A DNA stretch of 64,000 nucleotides from Eggerthellaceae bacterium (GTDB taxonomy: Bacteria; Actinomycetota; Coriobacteriia; Coriobacteriales; Eggerthellaceae): the NCBI GenBank assembly GCA_030524475.1, contig JAUNGO010000002.1, positions 4,142 through 68,141 of the forward strand, read 5' to 3'. A program made the translations under genes and the position numbers. Shown piece after piece: positions 27,928-37,901 of this stretch. The notes under the pieces were generated by a model that was not told the origin of the DNA, ran no database searches, and worked only from the letters and a program-made list of their open reading frames with translations. Within the stretch, counting starts at the first letter, position 1; each line of letters begins with the position of its first letter.

Positions 27928-29498
27928 CAGCGCTCAACCCCTTCTGTGCCGCCAGCGAACACGGCGTTGAACTCGTCAAACAGTCCGTTGTCGGCAAACT
28001 CGCTCATATCTTGCTGCAACACGACGCCCGTCGCGTCGCCGATGCTCCCGCACAAAGGGCCCGGCATTGCCACGCCGAACCACACGATGAAGGCCACCAG
28101 CACCACTTCAGGCAGAAGCGCGAGCGGGCTCACGTCCTTGCGCGGCGTGCCTTCGGGCGCGCATCCCAGAACCGATCCCGAGATCACGTTCATGATAGCG
28201 GCAACCACCACCACAAGCGCCGCGATAACCACGATCACCACGGGGATGAGCTGCGCCTGGATGCCCGAGAGCACCATCGCCATCTCGCTCACGAACATGG
28301 CGAACGGCGGGAAGCCGGCCAGTGCCAAGAAGCCCACCACCATGAGCACGCCCGTGAACGGGGCGGCCTGCATGATGCCCTGGACCTTCGTGAGGTCGCG
28401 CGTGCCGTACTTCATGAGCACGTTGCCCGACAGGCAGAACATGAGCGACTTCACCAGGCCGTGCGCCACGCAGTGGATGAGCGCCGCCGCCACGCCGATG
28501 GGGCCACCGAAGCCCAAGCACACGGCGATGATGCCGACGTTCTCGCAGGAGTGGTACGCCAGCTTGCGCTTGAGGTCGTGCTGCTTGTACACGGCAAACG
28601 CCGAGAACACCACCGACAGCACGCCCAAAATCAGCATGATCGTTTGCACGAAGCCGTAGCCCACGCTTGCCGCCACCAGGATGTAGAAGCGGATGATCAC
28701 CAAGATGGCGCACTTCAAAAGCACGCCCGAAAGCAGGCCGGACACGGGGCTGGGCGCCTCGGAGTGCGCGTCGGGCAGCCACGTGTGCATGGGGAACAGG
28801 CCCGCCTTCGTGCCGAAGCCGATGGCGGCGAACACAAACGCGATCATCATGAGCACGTGGTCCATCTGCCCCGCGTAGGGCAGGATGGCCGTCCAGAACA
28901 CCGCCTGGTGCGCGTCGGCCATCACATCGGCCGCGTTCGCGTACACCAACAGCGTGCTGAACAGGCCGAACGCCACGCCCGCCGTGCAGACGATGACGTA
29001 TTTCCACGCCGCCTCCAACGCCAGCTTCGTGCGGTAGACCCCCACGAGGAACACCGTCGACAGCGTGGTGAGCTCGATGGACACCCACATCATGATGATG
29101 TTGTTCGACGTGGTGGCAACGAGCATCGAGAACACGAACAGGCTGAAGAACACGTAGTATTGCTTCACCTGGCCGGCCTCAAGCTTGCCGTCGGCCACGT
29201 CGTGGGCCACATACGGGATGGAGTACACGCCCGTGCAAGCGCCGATAACCGCGATCAACGCCACGAACACGGCAGACAGGCGGTCGACGTGCAGCCACTC
29301 GTCGAGCGCGAACACGTCGGCGCCGGCGAACACCGAGCCCGCCAGCAAAAGCCCGCCCGCGCACACGCACACAACCATCACCATGTGCACGAACACGAAC
29401 GCCGCGCGCGGCACGCTCTTCGACGGCAGCACCGCTGAGACGCACGCCGTTATCAGCGGGCACGCCAGAAGAGCAACTAACAATTGAGACATATCCAT
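27927..29498 (-). CDS. hyfF: Hydrogenase-4 antiporter-like membrane subunit F
   Basis: ALEAAWKY, GTKAGLFPMHTWLPDAHSEAPSPVSGLLSG and KRKLAYHSCEN motifs. Confidence 0.9.
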   Translation of the reverse strand: MDMSQLLVALLACPLITACVSAVLPSKSVPRAAFVFVHMVMVVCVCAGGLLLAGSVFAGADVFALDEWLHVDRLSAVFVALIAVIGACTGVYSIPYVAHDVADGKLEAGQVKQYYVFFSLFVFSMLVATTSNNIIMMWVSIELTTLSTVFLVGVYRTKLALEAAWKYVIVCTAGVAFGLFSTLLVYANAADVMADAHQAVFWTAILPYAGQMDHVLMMIAFVFAAIGFGTKAGLFPMHTWLPDAHSEAPSPVSGLLSGVLLKCAILVIIRFYILVAASVGYGFVQTIMLILGVLSVVFSAFAVYKQHDLKRKLAYHSCENVGIIAVCLGFGGPIGVAAALIHCVAHGLVKSLMFCLSGNVLMKYGTRDLTKVQGIMQAAPFTGVLMVVGFLALAGFPPFAMFVSEMAMVLSGIQAQLIPVVIVVIAALVVVVAAIMNVISGSVLGCAPEGTPRKDVSPLALLPEVVLVAFIVWFGVAMPGPLCGSIGDATGVVLQQDMSEFADNGLFDEFNAVFAGGTEGVER

Positions 29499-29502
29499 GA
29501 CG

Positions 29503-30168
29503 CTACCCCTTCAACTCGCACAGGTCGTCGGCGTCAAGCGTGTGCGCCTTGCGCGCCAACGTCAGCACCATCACGGACAGAATCACCACGGCGAAGATGG
29601 CGTCGGTTGCGATGCCGATCTCCACCAGCTCGGGGGCCTGCGGCGCCAGAAGCGCCAGCGTCACGTGCGAGCCGTTCTCCATGAGGCAGTAGCCGAAGAT
29701 CTGCTTAACCACGGAACGCTGAATAACAATGCAGGTCAACCCGATGAAGAAGTGTGCGAACGCCACCGCGAGCGTGGGTTTCACCGCCGCCGCCGTGGGA
29801 AGGTCGATACCCGACACCACGACGAAACACGCGAACACCTCCACGGCCACGAGCGCCACGCACTTCATCGGCGCCAGCTTCGGCGGCAGGTCGACCGCCA
29901 CGCCGGGTGCCGTGGCGGTGATCTTCTTCAGCACGAACAGCAGGATGCACGGAACGAGCACCACCTTCGTGATAAAGGCCGACACCGACCACATATACAG
30001 TTCGGTCGAGCCCGTCACCGTGCCGAGCACCGCCAGAAGCGACACGAGCACGGCCGACTGCAGCGCATACAGCTTCGCCGCGCCGGCGCCCGTGCGGGCC
30101 AAGACCACGGTCATCGACGTGATGATGAGACACGCCCCCAACACGTTGACCAGGGAAAAATCAAGCAT
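29503..30168 (-). CDS. hyfE: Hydrogenase-4 membrane subunit E
   Basis: KQIFGYCLMENGSH, PELVEIGIATDAIF and C-terminal LKG. Confidence 0.9.
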   Translation of the reverse strand: MLDFSLVNVLGACLIITSMTVVLARTGAGAAKLYALQSAVLVSLLAVLGTVTGSTELYMWSVSAFITKVVLVPCILLFVLKKITATAPGVAVDLPPKLAPMKCVALVAVEVFACFVVVSGIDLPTAAAVKPTLAVAFAHFFIGLTCIVIQRSVVKQIFGYCLMENGSHVTLALLAPQAPELVEIGIATDAIFAVVILSVMVLTLARKAHTLDADDLCELKG

Positions 30169-30180
30169 GACAGTCACCTC

Positions 30181-31107
30181 CTAAATTCCAATGATGAGGA
30201 ACACGAACGACAGCGCCGCGATGCCCACCGCGAACCACGTGTAGCGGCCGAGGTACTTGTAGCGCACGCGGATGACGGCGTTTTCGATCACCGACACCAC
30301 GAGGAACACCACGAGCATCTTGACGATGAGCGCCACGAAGCCGACGATCAGGTCGAGCGGGGCCATGCTGGCCGCCGCGCCCACCGGCAAAAACAGCGCG
30401 ATGAACAACCCGGCGACCACGGCCTGCTTCACCGACATGCCCAGCTTCAGCATGGCGAGCGAGGGGCCGGAAAGCTCCGCGAGCGGGCCTTCCTGGATTT
30501 CCTGCTCCGCCTCGGCCATGTCGAAGGGCACCTTGCCCATTTCCATGTAGCAGGCAATGGCGAAGGCGACGCCCGCCACCACCACCGCCACCGGCGGCGT
30601 TGCGGTGAACGTCGCCACCGAGGTGGCCATCGTACCGACGTTGGTGGAGCCGCACGCCAGCGCCATGACCACGAGCACCAGCATGAGCGCCGGCTCAACC
30701 AACACGCCCACGATGAGCTCGCGGATGCCGCCGATCGAGGTGTACGAAGCACCCGAGTCGATCGAGGCCAGGCTGAACACGAAGCGCGGCAGCGCCATGA
30801 GGTAGAGCACCGTGATCACGTCGCCGAGCAGCGGCACAGGGCAAGCGCGCGTGATGAGCGGCAGCCCCGCCGCGATGACCACGAAGGTGGCCAAAAACAG
30901 CGGCGGCATGATGCGGGTCACGAGTCCCGCCGTGCCCGCGCGCACCTCGGTGCGCTTCCAGAGCTTGGCGAGGTCGTAGTAGTCCTGGAAGACGCTCGCG
31001 CCTTGGCGGGAGTGCATCTTCGCGCGAATCTTGCGCGCGATGCCCGACATCAGGGGCGCTGCGGCTACCAGCAGGAGGGCTTGGACGATTGCAACAACGA
31101 TTTCCAT
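30181..31107 (-). CDS. hyfC: Complex I subunit 1-like membrane subunit (HyfC/HycD)
   Basis: RKIRAKMHSRQG...QDYYDLAKL and PFDMAEAEQEIQEGPLAELSG motifs. Confidence 0.9.
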   Translation of the reverse strand: MEIVVAIVQALLLVAAAPLMSGIARKIRAKMHSRQGASVFQDYYDLAKLWKRTEVRAGTAGLVTRIMPPLFLATFVVIAAGLPLITRACPVPLLGDVITVLYLMALPRFVFSLASIDSGASYTSIGGIRELIVGVLVEPALMLVLVVMALACGSTNVGTMATSVATFTATPPVAVVVAGVAFAIACYMEMGKVPFDMAEAEQEIQEGPLAELSGPSLAMLKLGMSVKQAVVAGLFIALFLPVGAAASMAPLDLIVGFVALIVKMLVVFLVVSVIENAVIRVRYKYLGRYTWFAVGIAALSFVFLIIGI

Positions 31108-31119
31108 ATCCCACACCTC

Positions 31120-33156
31120 CTATCGAACCAGAATGATGAGCGCCAAGAAGAACACGAGCGCCACGACGATGTAGACGATGTAGGTGCGGAAGTCGCCGCT
31201 CTCAAGCCGCGAGAACCACGTGCCGAGCGAGTGGACCACCGAGAGCACGGAGTCGGAAAGCGGCCGGGTGGCGCCGTCCTGCGCGCCCTTCGCAGCGTCC
31301 GCCGCAGCGTCCTCGGGCGCCACCGCGTGCTGCACGAAGTTCGCCACCGCGTTGCCCGCGCCGTTCACGCCGGAGCGCAGCGTGTAAAGCGGCGTCAGGT
31401 TCGAGCCCACGTGCGCGCCCACCGTGGAAGCGAGCGCCTCCATGTGGGTGTCGGGGGCGTAGCCGCACGCCCACGGGTCCTCGTCGCGCACGACGCCCGC
31501 CTTCGCGTTGGCGGCGTTGCGCATAAGCAGGCACACCGCGAACACGCAAGCCAGAAGCACGAAGATGAGCAGCGGCGAAACCGCGCTCGCCGTGTCGAGC
31601 GACACGAGCACAGCGCCCGTCGCCGCCGGAGCCGCAGGGGCCGCCAGCACGCTTGAGGCGATGTCGCTGAACAGCGGCGTGAACCATGCCGCGCCCAGGC
31701 CCAGCGCCACGCAGATGACGGTCAGCAAAACCATGCTCGCCTTCATCGGCAGCGGCACCTCGTGCGCGTTGCGCGCCGCGTCGGAACGGGCCTCGCCCAA
31801 AAACGTCACGCCGAACGCCTTCACGAAGCACGTGACCGCCAAGGCACCCGTAATGGCCAGCGCCACCACGGCGAACGCGAACACCACGCGCAGCAGGATG
31901 TCGTCGGTCATGGCCGCGCCAATGAGCCCTTGGTAGGTAAACCACTCGGACACGAAGCCGTTGAGCGGCGGAATGGCGGAGATGGCAAGCGAGCCCATGA
32001 GGAAGCACACGGCCGTCACCGGCATCACGCGCGCCAGCCCGCCGAGGATCTCCATGTTGCGCGTGCCCGTGGCGTGCAGCACGCTGCCCGCGCCCAGGAA
32101 CAGCAAACCCTTGAACATGGCGTGGTTCACCAGGTGGTACAGCCCCGCCATAAGCCCGATGCCCGCGAGCCACACGTTGCCGCTCGCCCAGCCCACGATG
32201 CCGGTGCCCACACCGAGCAGGATGATGCCGATGTTTTCCACCGAGTGGTAGGCCAACAGGCTTTTCAGGTCGTGCTCACGCAGCGCATACGCCACGCCGA
32301 GCACCGAGGACACCGCGCCGATGATCACCACGACGATTCCCCAGCTTACCTGCCCGCCGGCCGCGCCCAGAAGGTCGAAGCACACCTTGCAGATGCCGAA
32401 GATGCCGATCTTGATCATGCCGCCGGACATGAGCGCGCTCACGTTGGAGGGTGCCGCCGGGTGCGCCTGGGGCAGCCACGAATGGAAGGGCACGATGCCC
32501 GCCTTCGCGCCGAAGCCGAAGAACGCCAGGAAGAACGCCGCCGTGGCCAGACCCGGCTCGAACGCCGCCTCGCGGAAGCTTTCGAACTCGAGGCTTCCCG
32601 TGGCGGTTGCCATGAGGAAGAACGAGATGGCGATCATCAGAAAGCCGATGTGCGCCATGACCAGGTACAGAAAGCCGCCCTTGAACGACTTCTCGTTTTG
32701 CTCCACGATGACCAGCATGTACGACGTCAGCGACATGAGCTCGAAGAACACGAGGAACCAAAACGCGTTGTCGGACAGGATGACCAGCATCATGGAGGCG
32801 ATGAACAGGTTCATGAAGAACCCGATGGAACCCATGCCGCGGTCGAGGTACTCGTCGAAGTAGCTCAGGCCGTACAGCCACGCCACGAACGCCAGCACCG
32901 AGATCACGCACATGAGCAGACCCGCCAGCGGGTTCAGCAGCAGCGTGAAGTTCGTGAACGGCATGGGGCCGACAAACGTCACGAGCGCCGCGGGCGAGGT
33001 GAGCGCGATCGCGCCCGACCCGAACGACGCCAACGCCGCCAGCATGCCGAACACGCACGCCACCGCCTTGGCCGCGCGCGGCGAGCGGCCGGCGACAAGC
33101 GCCAGCACCGCCCCTGCGACCGAGAGGCCGAGCGAGGCATACAACAACTCGAGCAT
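31120..33156 (-). CDS. hyfB: Hydrogenase-4 antiporter-like membrane subunit B
   Basis: KAGIVPFHSWLPQAHPAAPSNVSALMSG, LLAYHSVENIG, PPLNGFVSEW and WACGY motifs. Confidence 0.9.
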   Translation of the reverse strand: MLELLYASLGLSVAGAVLALVAGRSPRAAKAVACVFGMLAALASFGSGAIALTSPAALVTFVGPMPFTNFTLLLNPLAGLLMCVISVLAFVAWLYGLSYFDEYLDRGMGSIGFFMNLFIASMMLVILSDNAFWFLVFFELMSLTSYMLVIVEQNEKSFKGGFLYLVMAHIGFLMIAISFFLMATATGSLEFESFREAAFEPGLATAAFFLAFFGFGAKAGIVPFHSWLPQAHPAAPSNVSALMSGGMIKIGIFGICKVCFDLLGAAGGQVSWGIVVVIIGAVSSVLGVAYALREHDLKSLLAYHSVENIGIILLGVGTGIVGWASGNVWLAGIGLMAGLYHLVNHAMFKGLLFLGAGSVLHATGTRNMEILGGLARVMPVTAVCFLMGSLAISAIPPLNGFVSEWFTYQGLIGAAMTDDILLRVVFAFAVVALAITGALAVTCFVKAFGVTFLGEARSDAARNAHEVPLPMKASMVLLTVICVALGLGAAWFTPLFSDIASSVLAAPAAPAATGAVLVSLDTASAVSPLLIFVLLACVFAVCLLMRNAANAKAGVVRDEDPWACGYAPDTHMEALASTVGAHVGSNLTPLYTLRSGVNGAGNAVANFVQHAVAPEDAAADAAKGAQDGATRPLSDSVLSVVHSLGTWFSRLESGDFRTYIVYIVVALVFFLALIILVR

Positions 33157-33747
33157 TTACGGCCTCCTTATCGTCGACAGGTCGCGCATGACCACCTCGT
33201 TGGCCTCGGCCGCCGCCACCCGCTTCTCGGTGCGCACGCGCGCGTCGCGCGCCGCGTCGTGGAAGCTGAGGGCTCCGGTGGGGCAAGCCGCCACGCAATG
33301 CGGGCCGCCTTCGGGGTCATACGCGCACAAATCACATTTCACGGCGCGTGTGTACACGCCGATTTCCCACGTCAGAAGCGACGACGTCGCCTTGGGGAAC
33401 GTGGGAGTGTCAAACTTGATGCCAGCGACGCCGGCAATGGATGTGCCCGAGGGGTGGATCGCGCCGAACGGGCAAACGCACGCGCACAGCCTGCAGCCCA
33501 CGCACGTTTGCTCGTTGATGTGCACCGATCCGTTCTCCTTCGTGATGGCGCCCACGGGACACACGAGCGAGCACGGCGCGCCCTCGCAATGGTGGCACGT
33601 CACCGAAGCGCTCAGGCTCCCCGTGCGCACCATCGCGAGGCGCGGCTCCGCCTGGAGCCCCGCCCGCTCGTGGCCGACGCTGCACGCAGCGCGGCACGTT
33701 CCGCATCCAATGCAGACATCCGGCTTTATCTCAATGAAGTTATTCAC
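33157..33747 (-). CDS. hyfA: 4x[4Fe-4S] electron transfer subunit (HyfA/HycB)
   Basis: CIGCGTCRAAC, CHHCEGAPC, CVGCRLCACVCP and KCDLC motifs. Confidence 0.85.
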   Translation of the reverse strand: MNNFIEIKPDVCIGCGTCRAACSVGHERAGLQAEPRLAMVRTGSLSASVTCHHCEGAPCSLVCPVGAITKENGSVHINEQTCVGCRLCACVCPFGAIHPSGTSIAGVAGIKFDTPTFPKATSSLLTWEIGVYTRAVKCDLCAYDPEGGPHCVAACPTGALSFHDAARDARVRTEKRVAAAEANEVVMRDLSTIRRP

Positions 33748-33807
33748 CGTAAGTCCTTATTCGCCAAGCCCTGCTCACCTGCCGCGAAGCAGGTCGCATC
33801 ATCCAAC

Positions 33808-33833
33808 CGTAGGGCAAGGGCCATGCCCTTGCC
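33808..33833 (+). repeat. REP family B copy, followed by a second hairpin (33858-33886)
   Basis: CGTAG-GGCAAGGG-CCATG-CCCTTGCC; then gaggggcaagc...gcttgcccctc. Confidence 0.85.
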
Positions 33834-33924
33834 GAAGCATCCGACGCGTCCCAACCGAGGGGCAAGCACAGAACGCTTGCCCCTCGGGGCTCGTTCACGT
33901 CAGGCTGAGCAGGGCGTTCAGTTG

Positions 33925-36105
33925 CTATGCCATCACCGGCTCGGCGTCCTGCGCGGATGCCTCGGCCGCAAGCCTGTCCTTCAGCTCGTGGTAGAGCTCC
34001 TGCAGATGGCGCTCGGCCCACACCTGGTCGGCCACCGCCTCCACCTGGCAGGCGCTGTACTTGTCCTCAGGCGTGTGCGACTTCGTGTCCACCACGTGCA
34101 GCGTCAGGTTGTTGCACTTGCCAACCCACCACTGGTACGTCATGTACACGGTGCCCTTGTCGGTGCGCTCGTCCACGCACGCGCGGCTCATGGTCTCGCC
34201 GCGGCGCGAGAACGCGCGGACGATCTCGCCGTCGCGAATGCCGCGAGCGGCTGCGTCCTCGGGGTTGATGTGGATCTCGCCCGGCTCGTCGGCCAGAAGC
34301 GAAAGCGTGCGGCAGTTGCCCGTCATCGAGCGGCAGGAGTAGTGCCCCACCTCGCGCACCGTGCAGAGCACCAGCGGGTACTCGTCGTCGGGCATCTCGG
34401 TCGGGGTGTCGAAGTCGTGCGCCTTCAGGCGCGCCTTGCCGTCGGGCGTGGAGAACTGCCCGCCGAGGAACAAGTCGGGCGAGCCCGGATGGTCCTCGGT
34501 CGGCACCGGCCACTGAGCGTAGCCCGTGCCCTGCATGCGCTCGTAGGTGGCGCCGGCGGCCTTCGGCCACATGGCGCGCAGCTCGGTGTCCCAGATGTCC
34601 TGCGCGTTCTCGTAGTGCATCGGGTAGCCCATGCGCGTGGACAGATCGGCAATGATCTCCCAGTCGTGGCGGCACTCGCCCTTCGGCGGCACGGCCGCGC
34701 TGAAGTACTGGAACGTACGGTCGCAGGCGGTAAAGGTGCCCTCGTGCTCGCCCCAGCTGGTGGCGGGCAGCACCACGTCGGCAAGAGCGGCCGACTGCGT
34801 CATGAAGATGTCCTGGCAGATGAACAAGTCGAGCTTGGCCAGCTGCTCGGTGAGGTGCTTCGCGTCGGGCTCGGTTTGCACCGGGTCCTCGCCGAAGTTG
34901 TAGAACGCGTGAAGCTTGCCCTGCTCGATGAGGGTGGGCACGTCGGACACCTTGTAGCCCACATGGTCGGAGAGCTTCTCCACGGGAACGCCCCAAGCGT
35001 CGGCGAACTTCTGCTTGATGGCGGGGTCGGTTACGCTTTGGTAGCCGGGGAAGTAGTTGGGCAAAGCACCCATGTCGCAGGCGCCCTGCACGTTGTTCTG
35101 GCCGCGAACGGGCGCAACGCCGGAGTTCGGCTTGCCGATCTGGCCGGAAATGCACGCGATGGCGGCGCAGGTGTGAACCGCCTCGACGTTTTGATGGTGC
35201 TGGCACACGCCCATGCCCCAGCAGATGATGCTGCTCGGCTCGGCCGTGGCGTACATGCGGGCCGCGGCGCGCATTTGCTCGGGGTCGATGCCGGTGATCT
35301 CGGCGGTGTTTTCGGGCGTGTAGTTCTTGATGGTTTCCCACCACTCGTCGAAACCGGTGGTGTGCTCTTCGATGAACTTCTTGTCGGCCATGCCCTCAGA
35401 AACGATGACGTTGGCGAACGCGTTCAGGAAAGCGATGTTGCTGCCGATCTTCAGCGGCAGATAGATGTCGGCGATACGCGCCGTCTCGATGACGCGCGGG
35501 TCGGCGACGATGATCTTGGCACCCTTCTCCTTCGCACGCAGAATGCGGCGGGCGACGATGGGGTGCGCGTCAGCGGGGTTGTAGCCGAACAGGAAGAGGC
35601 AACCTGCATCCTCCATGCCCGGAACGCCGCAGCTCATAGAACCTGCTCCAAGTGTGTCCATCAGACCGAGGACTGTGGGAGCGTGTCAAGTGCGGGCGCA
35701 GTTGTCGATGTTGTTGGTCCCCAGGCAGGCGCGCGCGAAGCGCTGCATGGCCAGGTTCGACTCGTTGCCGGCACCGCGCGAAGAACCGGTCGTCATGATG
35801 GAGTCGGGACCGTACTTTTCCTTGATCTCGGTGAGCTTTTGCGCCACGAAGTCGAGCGCGGTGTCCCACGACACGCGCTTGAGCGGCGCGCCCTTCGTCT
35901 CGCGAATCATCGGGTGATAGATGCGCGGCGTGAGGATCTTCGTGTCGTTGATGAAGTCGTAGCCGTGCAGACCCTTCAAGCACAGCTCGCCTTGGTTGGT
36001 GAGGCCGTTCAACGGTTCGGCGCCCACCACCTTGCCGTTCTCAACCAACAGGTTGAGCTTGCAGCCTGAACCGCAGTACGGGCAGACCGCCATATGCTTT
36101 TCCAT
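33925..36105 (-). CDS. fdhF: Selenocysteine-containing formate dehydrogenase H alpha subunit (Mo/W-bisPGD)
   Basis: ORFs 35686-36105 and 33925-35661 are in frame across a single TGA (35688-35686), reading NIDNCART-U-HAPTVLGL. CPYCGSGC, RGQNNVQGACDMG and TPEDKYSAC motifs are present. Confidence 0.93.
35655..35688 (-). promoter_or_regulatory. Bacterial SECIS element
   Basis: UGA CAC GCU CCC ACA GUCC-UCGGUCUGAU-GGAC. The stem-loop carries GGUCUG at the same offset from UGA as in E. coli fdhF. Confidence 0.75.
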
Positions 36106-36133
36106 AGTTGCTCCTACTCTCTTGCGAGTAATC

Positions 36134-36697
36134 TCATGCCGTGGCCGCAGCCGGCGCAGCGACAGTCAGCGGAATGCTCGAGAACGCCGCCTTGTCGGCA
36201 GCCGCCTCGCGGCGGCGGCGCAGCGCCTCGGCCTCGATGTCGTCGGAATCGACCAGGCGCAGCGAGCTTGTCGGGCAAGCCGCCACGCACGCCGGACCGT
36301 TCGCGCGGTCGACGCACAGGTCGCACTTGATGACCGCCGCATGCGACACGCCCTTGATGGCAAGGTTGCCCAGGCGCGCCGTCAGGTCGCTTACCACCAC
36401 GTCGACCGCCCCGTACGGGCACGCCATCACGCAGCTGCGGCACCCGATGCAGTTCTCGGCGCGCACCGCCACGCGGTTGCCGTCGCGGTAGAGCGCGTGC
36501 GTCGGGCACACGCTGGCGCACGGCGCCGCCTCGCAGTGATGGCACACGATCGGCGTGGAAACGCTGAGCGTGGTCACCAGGTTCAGACGCGCCTTGGCCA
36601 CGTCGCCGGTCACGTCGTGCTTGGTGAGACACGCCGCCATGCACGTCTTGCAGCCGATGCACAAACCCGGGTCGGACATCACGAATTTAGAACCCAT
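36134..36697 (-). CDS. hydN: HydN-like 4x[4Fe-4S] protein
   Basis: CIGCKTCMAAC, CHHCEAAPC, CIGCRSCVMACPYG and KCDLC motifs; directly upstream of fdhF. Confidence 0.75.
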   Translation of the reverse strand: MGSKFVMSDPGLCIGCKTCMAACLTKHDVTGDVAKARLNLVTTLSVSTPIVCHHCEAAPCASVCPTHALYRDGNRVAVRAENCIGCRSCVMACPYGAVDVVVSDLTARLGNLAIKGVSHAAVIKCDLCVDRANGPACVAACPTSSLRLVDSDDIEAEALRRRREAAADKAAFSSIPLTVAAPAAATA

Positions 36698-36823
36698 CTT
36701 CTTCCCTTCCCCCTCTCATTCTTTCGTTTCGCCCGTCTTGACGGAACGGGCGAACTTCTGGCGTTACGAACGACGAGTGCTCTCTTGCCGATCGCAACAT
36801 TGCGCTTCGTCTGCCGTGCTGCC

Positions 36824-36866
36824 CGCAGGGCAAGGGCCATGCCCTTGTCGCCCAGCCGGGCAACGC
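36824..36866 (+). repeat. REP family B copy with a 3' extension
   Basis: CGCAGGGCAAGGGCCATGCCCTTGTCGCCCAGCCGGGCAACGC. Confidence 0.8.
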
Positions 36867-37123
36867 TCCGTGTGCCTCGCGCCGCCCCAAAACGACTTCC
36901 CCACCCTCCTCGCGAGTAAGGGCAGGGTTCGCCCCTTTGGGGGCGTGCACGCGCGCGAGCGCGACAAACGATAGCGGTAAAAAAACGGTGAACGGATGCT
37001 TTTAAGCGGCATTCGGTAAATTTGATGGGGAGATTTATACGCTCTTCCCTACGAAATAGCAAGGATCAAAAGAGGGTATTTAGAAAAACTTTTCCATCTT
37101 TTGACAAATCCCCTCAAAGAGGG

Positions 37124-37155
37124 TGTTATCATTAAATGTAGTACGAATGCATTAC
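37124..37155 (+). promoter_or_regulatory. Extended -10 promoter and RHH-antitoxin-type operator
   Basis: TGtTATCAT at 37124-37132, then the imperfect palindrome GTAGTAC-gaat-GCATTAC. Confidence 0.4.
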
Positions 37156-37174
37156 GTTTATGAAAGTGAACAGC

Positions 37175-37810
37175 ATGAACGCGAAACAATCGACCATTCA
37201 AGTACGTCTCAACGCCATTTTAAAGCAGCAGGCGGAGGAACTGTTCGACACGCTCGGAACCTCCACCTCCGAAGCCGTGCGCCTGTTCCTAGCGCAAAGC
37301 GTGCACGACTGCAAGCTGCCGTTTACGCCCAGCGCCACGCCCGCCGAGGGCGACGACCGCGCGTTCGGCGCGCTGGCGCACTACGCAAACGGCGGCGCGC
37401 AGGACGGTCGAGGGCGCGCCAAGAGCCGCAGCCGCGTCGGCAGCGCAGGCGCGCGGGCGGCGGCGCGCGGAACCGTCACCATCGTGGACGAGACGGTGCT
37501 TCTGCGCTACCTGCTGGTCGACGAGCCTGCCAAAGCCGACCGCGCGCACCGCCTCATCGTCGGCGGCAACGTGCGCACCTACCCCGAGAACGTCGCCCGC
37601 GCCGTCGACGCGCTGGAGGGCGACTACCGCGTGCCGCGCTCGATGATCGGCAACGTGGTGGCGCTTCTGCTCGACGACCTCACGTGCGAGGACGAAACCG
37701 TCGTGCGCATAGCCGCGCGCCTGTTCGGCAGCGGCAAGCACGACTTCAACACCTGCCTCATGCAAGCGAGAAACACCCTCCACGGCTGCCAGACGCTTTC
37801 GTTCAAGTAG
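37175..37810 (+). CDS. RelB/DinJ antitoxin fused to a degenerate PIN domain
   Basis: IQVRLNAILKQQAEELFDTLGTSTSEAVRLFLAQSV...LPF is RelB/DinJ-like. IVDETVLLRYLL...DFNTCL...LSFK is PIN-like. Confidence 0.75.
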   Translation: MNAKQSTIQVRLNAILKQQAEELFDTLGTSTSEAVRLFLAQSVHDCKLPFTPSATPAEGDDRAFGALAHYANGGAQDGRGRAKSRSRVGSAGARAAARGTVTIVDETVLLRYLLVDEPAKADRAHRLIVGGNVRTYPENVARAVDALEGDYRVPRSMIGNVVALLLDDLTCEDETVVRIAARLFGSGKHDFNTCLMQARNTLHGCQTLSFK

Positions 37811-37859
37811 CGGGTGGCGCGCGGGGCGACGGCGTGCAAAACACCTCGGCGGCGCCACC

Positions 37860-37901
37860 CGTAGGGCAAGGGCCCTGTCCTTGTCGCCCGCCGGGCAACG
37901 C
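37860..37901 (+). repeat. REP family B copy with the same 3' extension
   Basis: CGTAGGGCAAGGGCCCTGTCCTTGTCGCCCGCCGGGCAACGC. Confidence 0.8.

Noticed and set aside
31762-36069. 1435-aa plus-strand ORF and many other long antisense ORFs (e.g. 15090-16982, 29497-31656, 60175-62157)
   Set aside because: These are shadow frames of well-supported opposite-strand genes in high-GC DNA, with no recognisable motifs.
33925-36105. fdhF as a nonsense pseudogene
   Set aside because: The TGA is at the conserved Sec position, the frame continues, and a SECIS-like hairpin follows.
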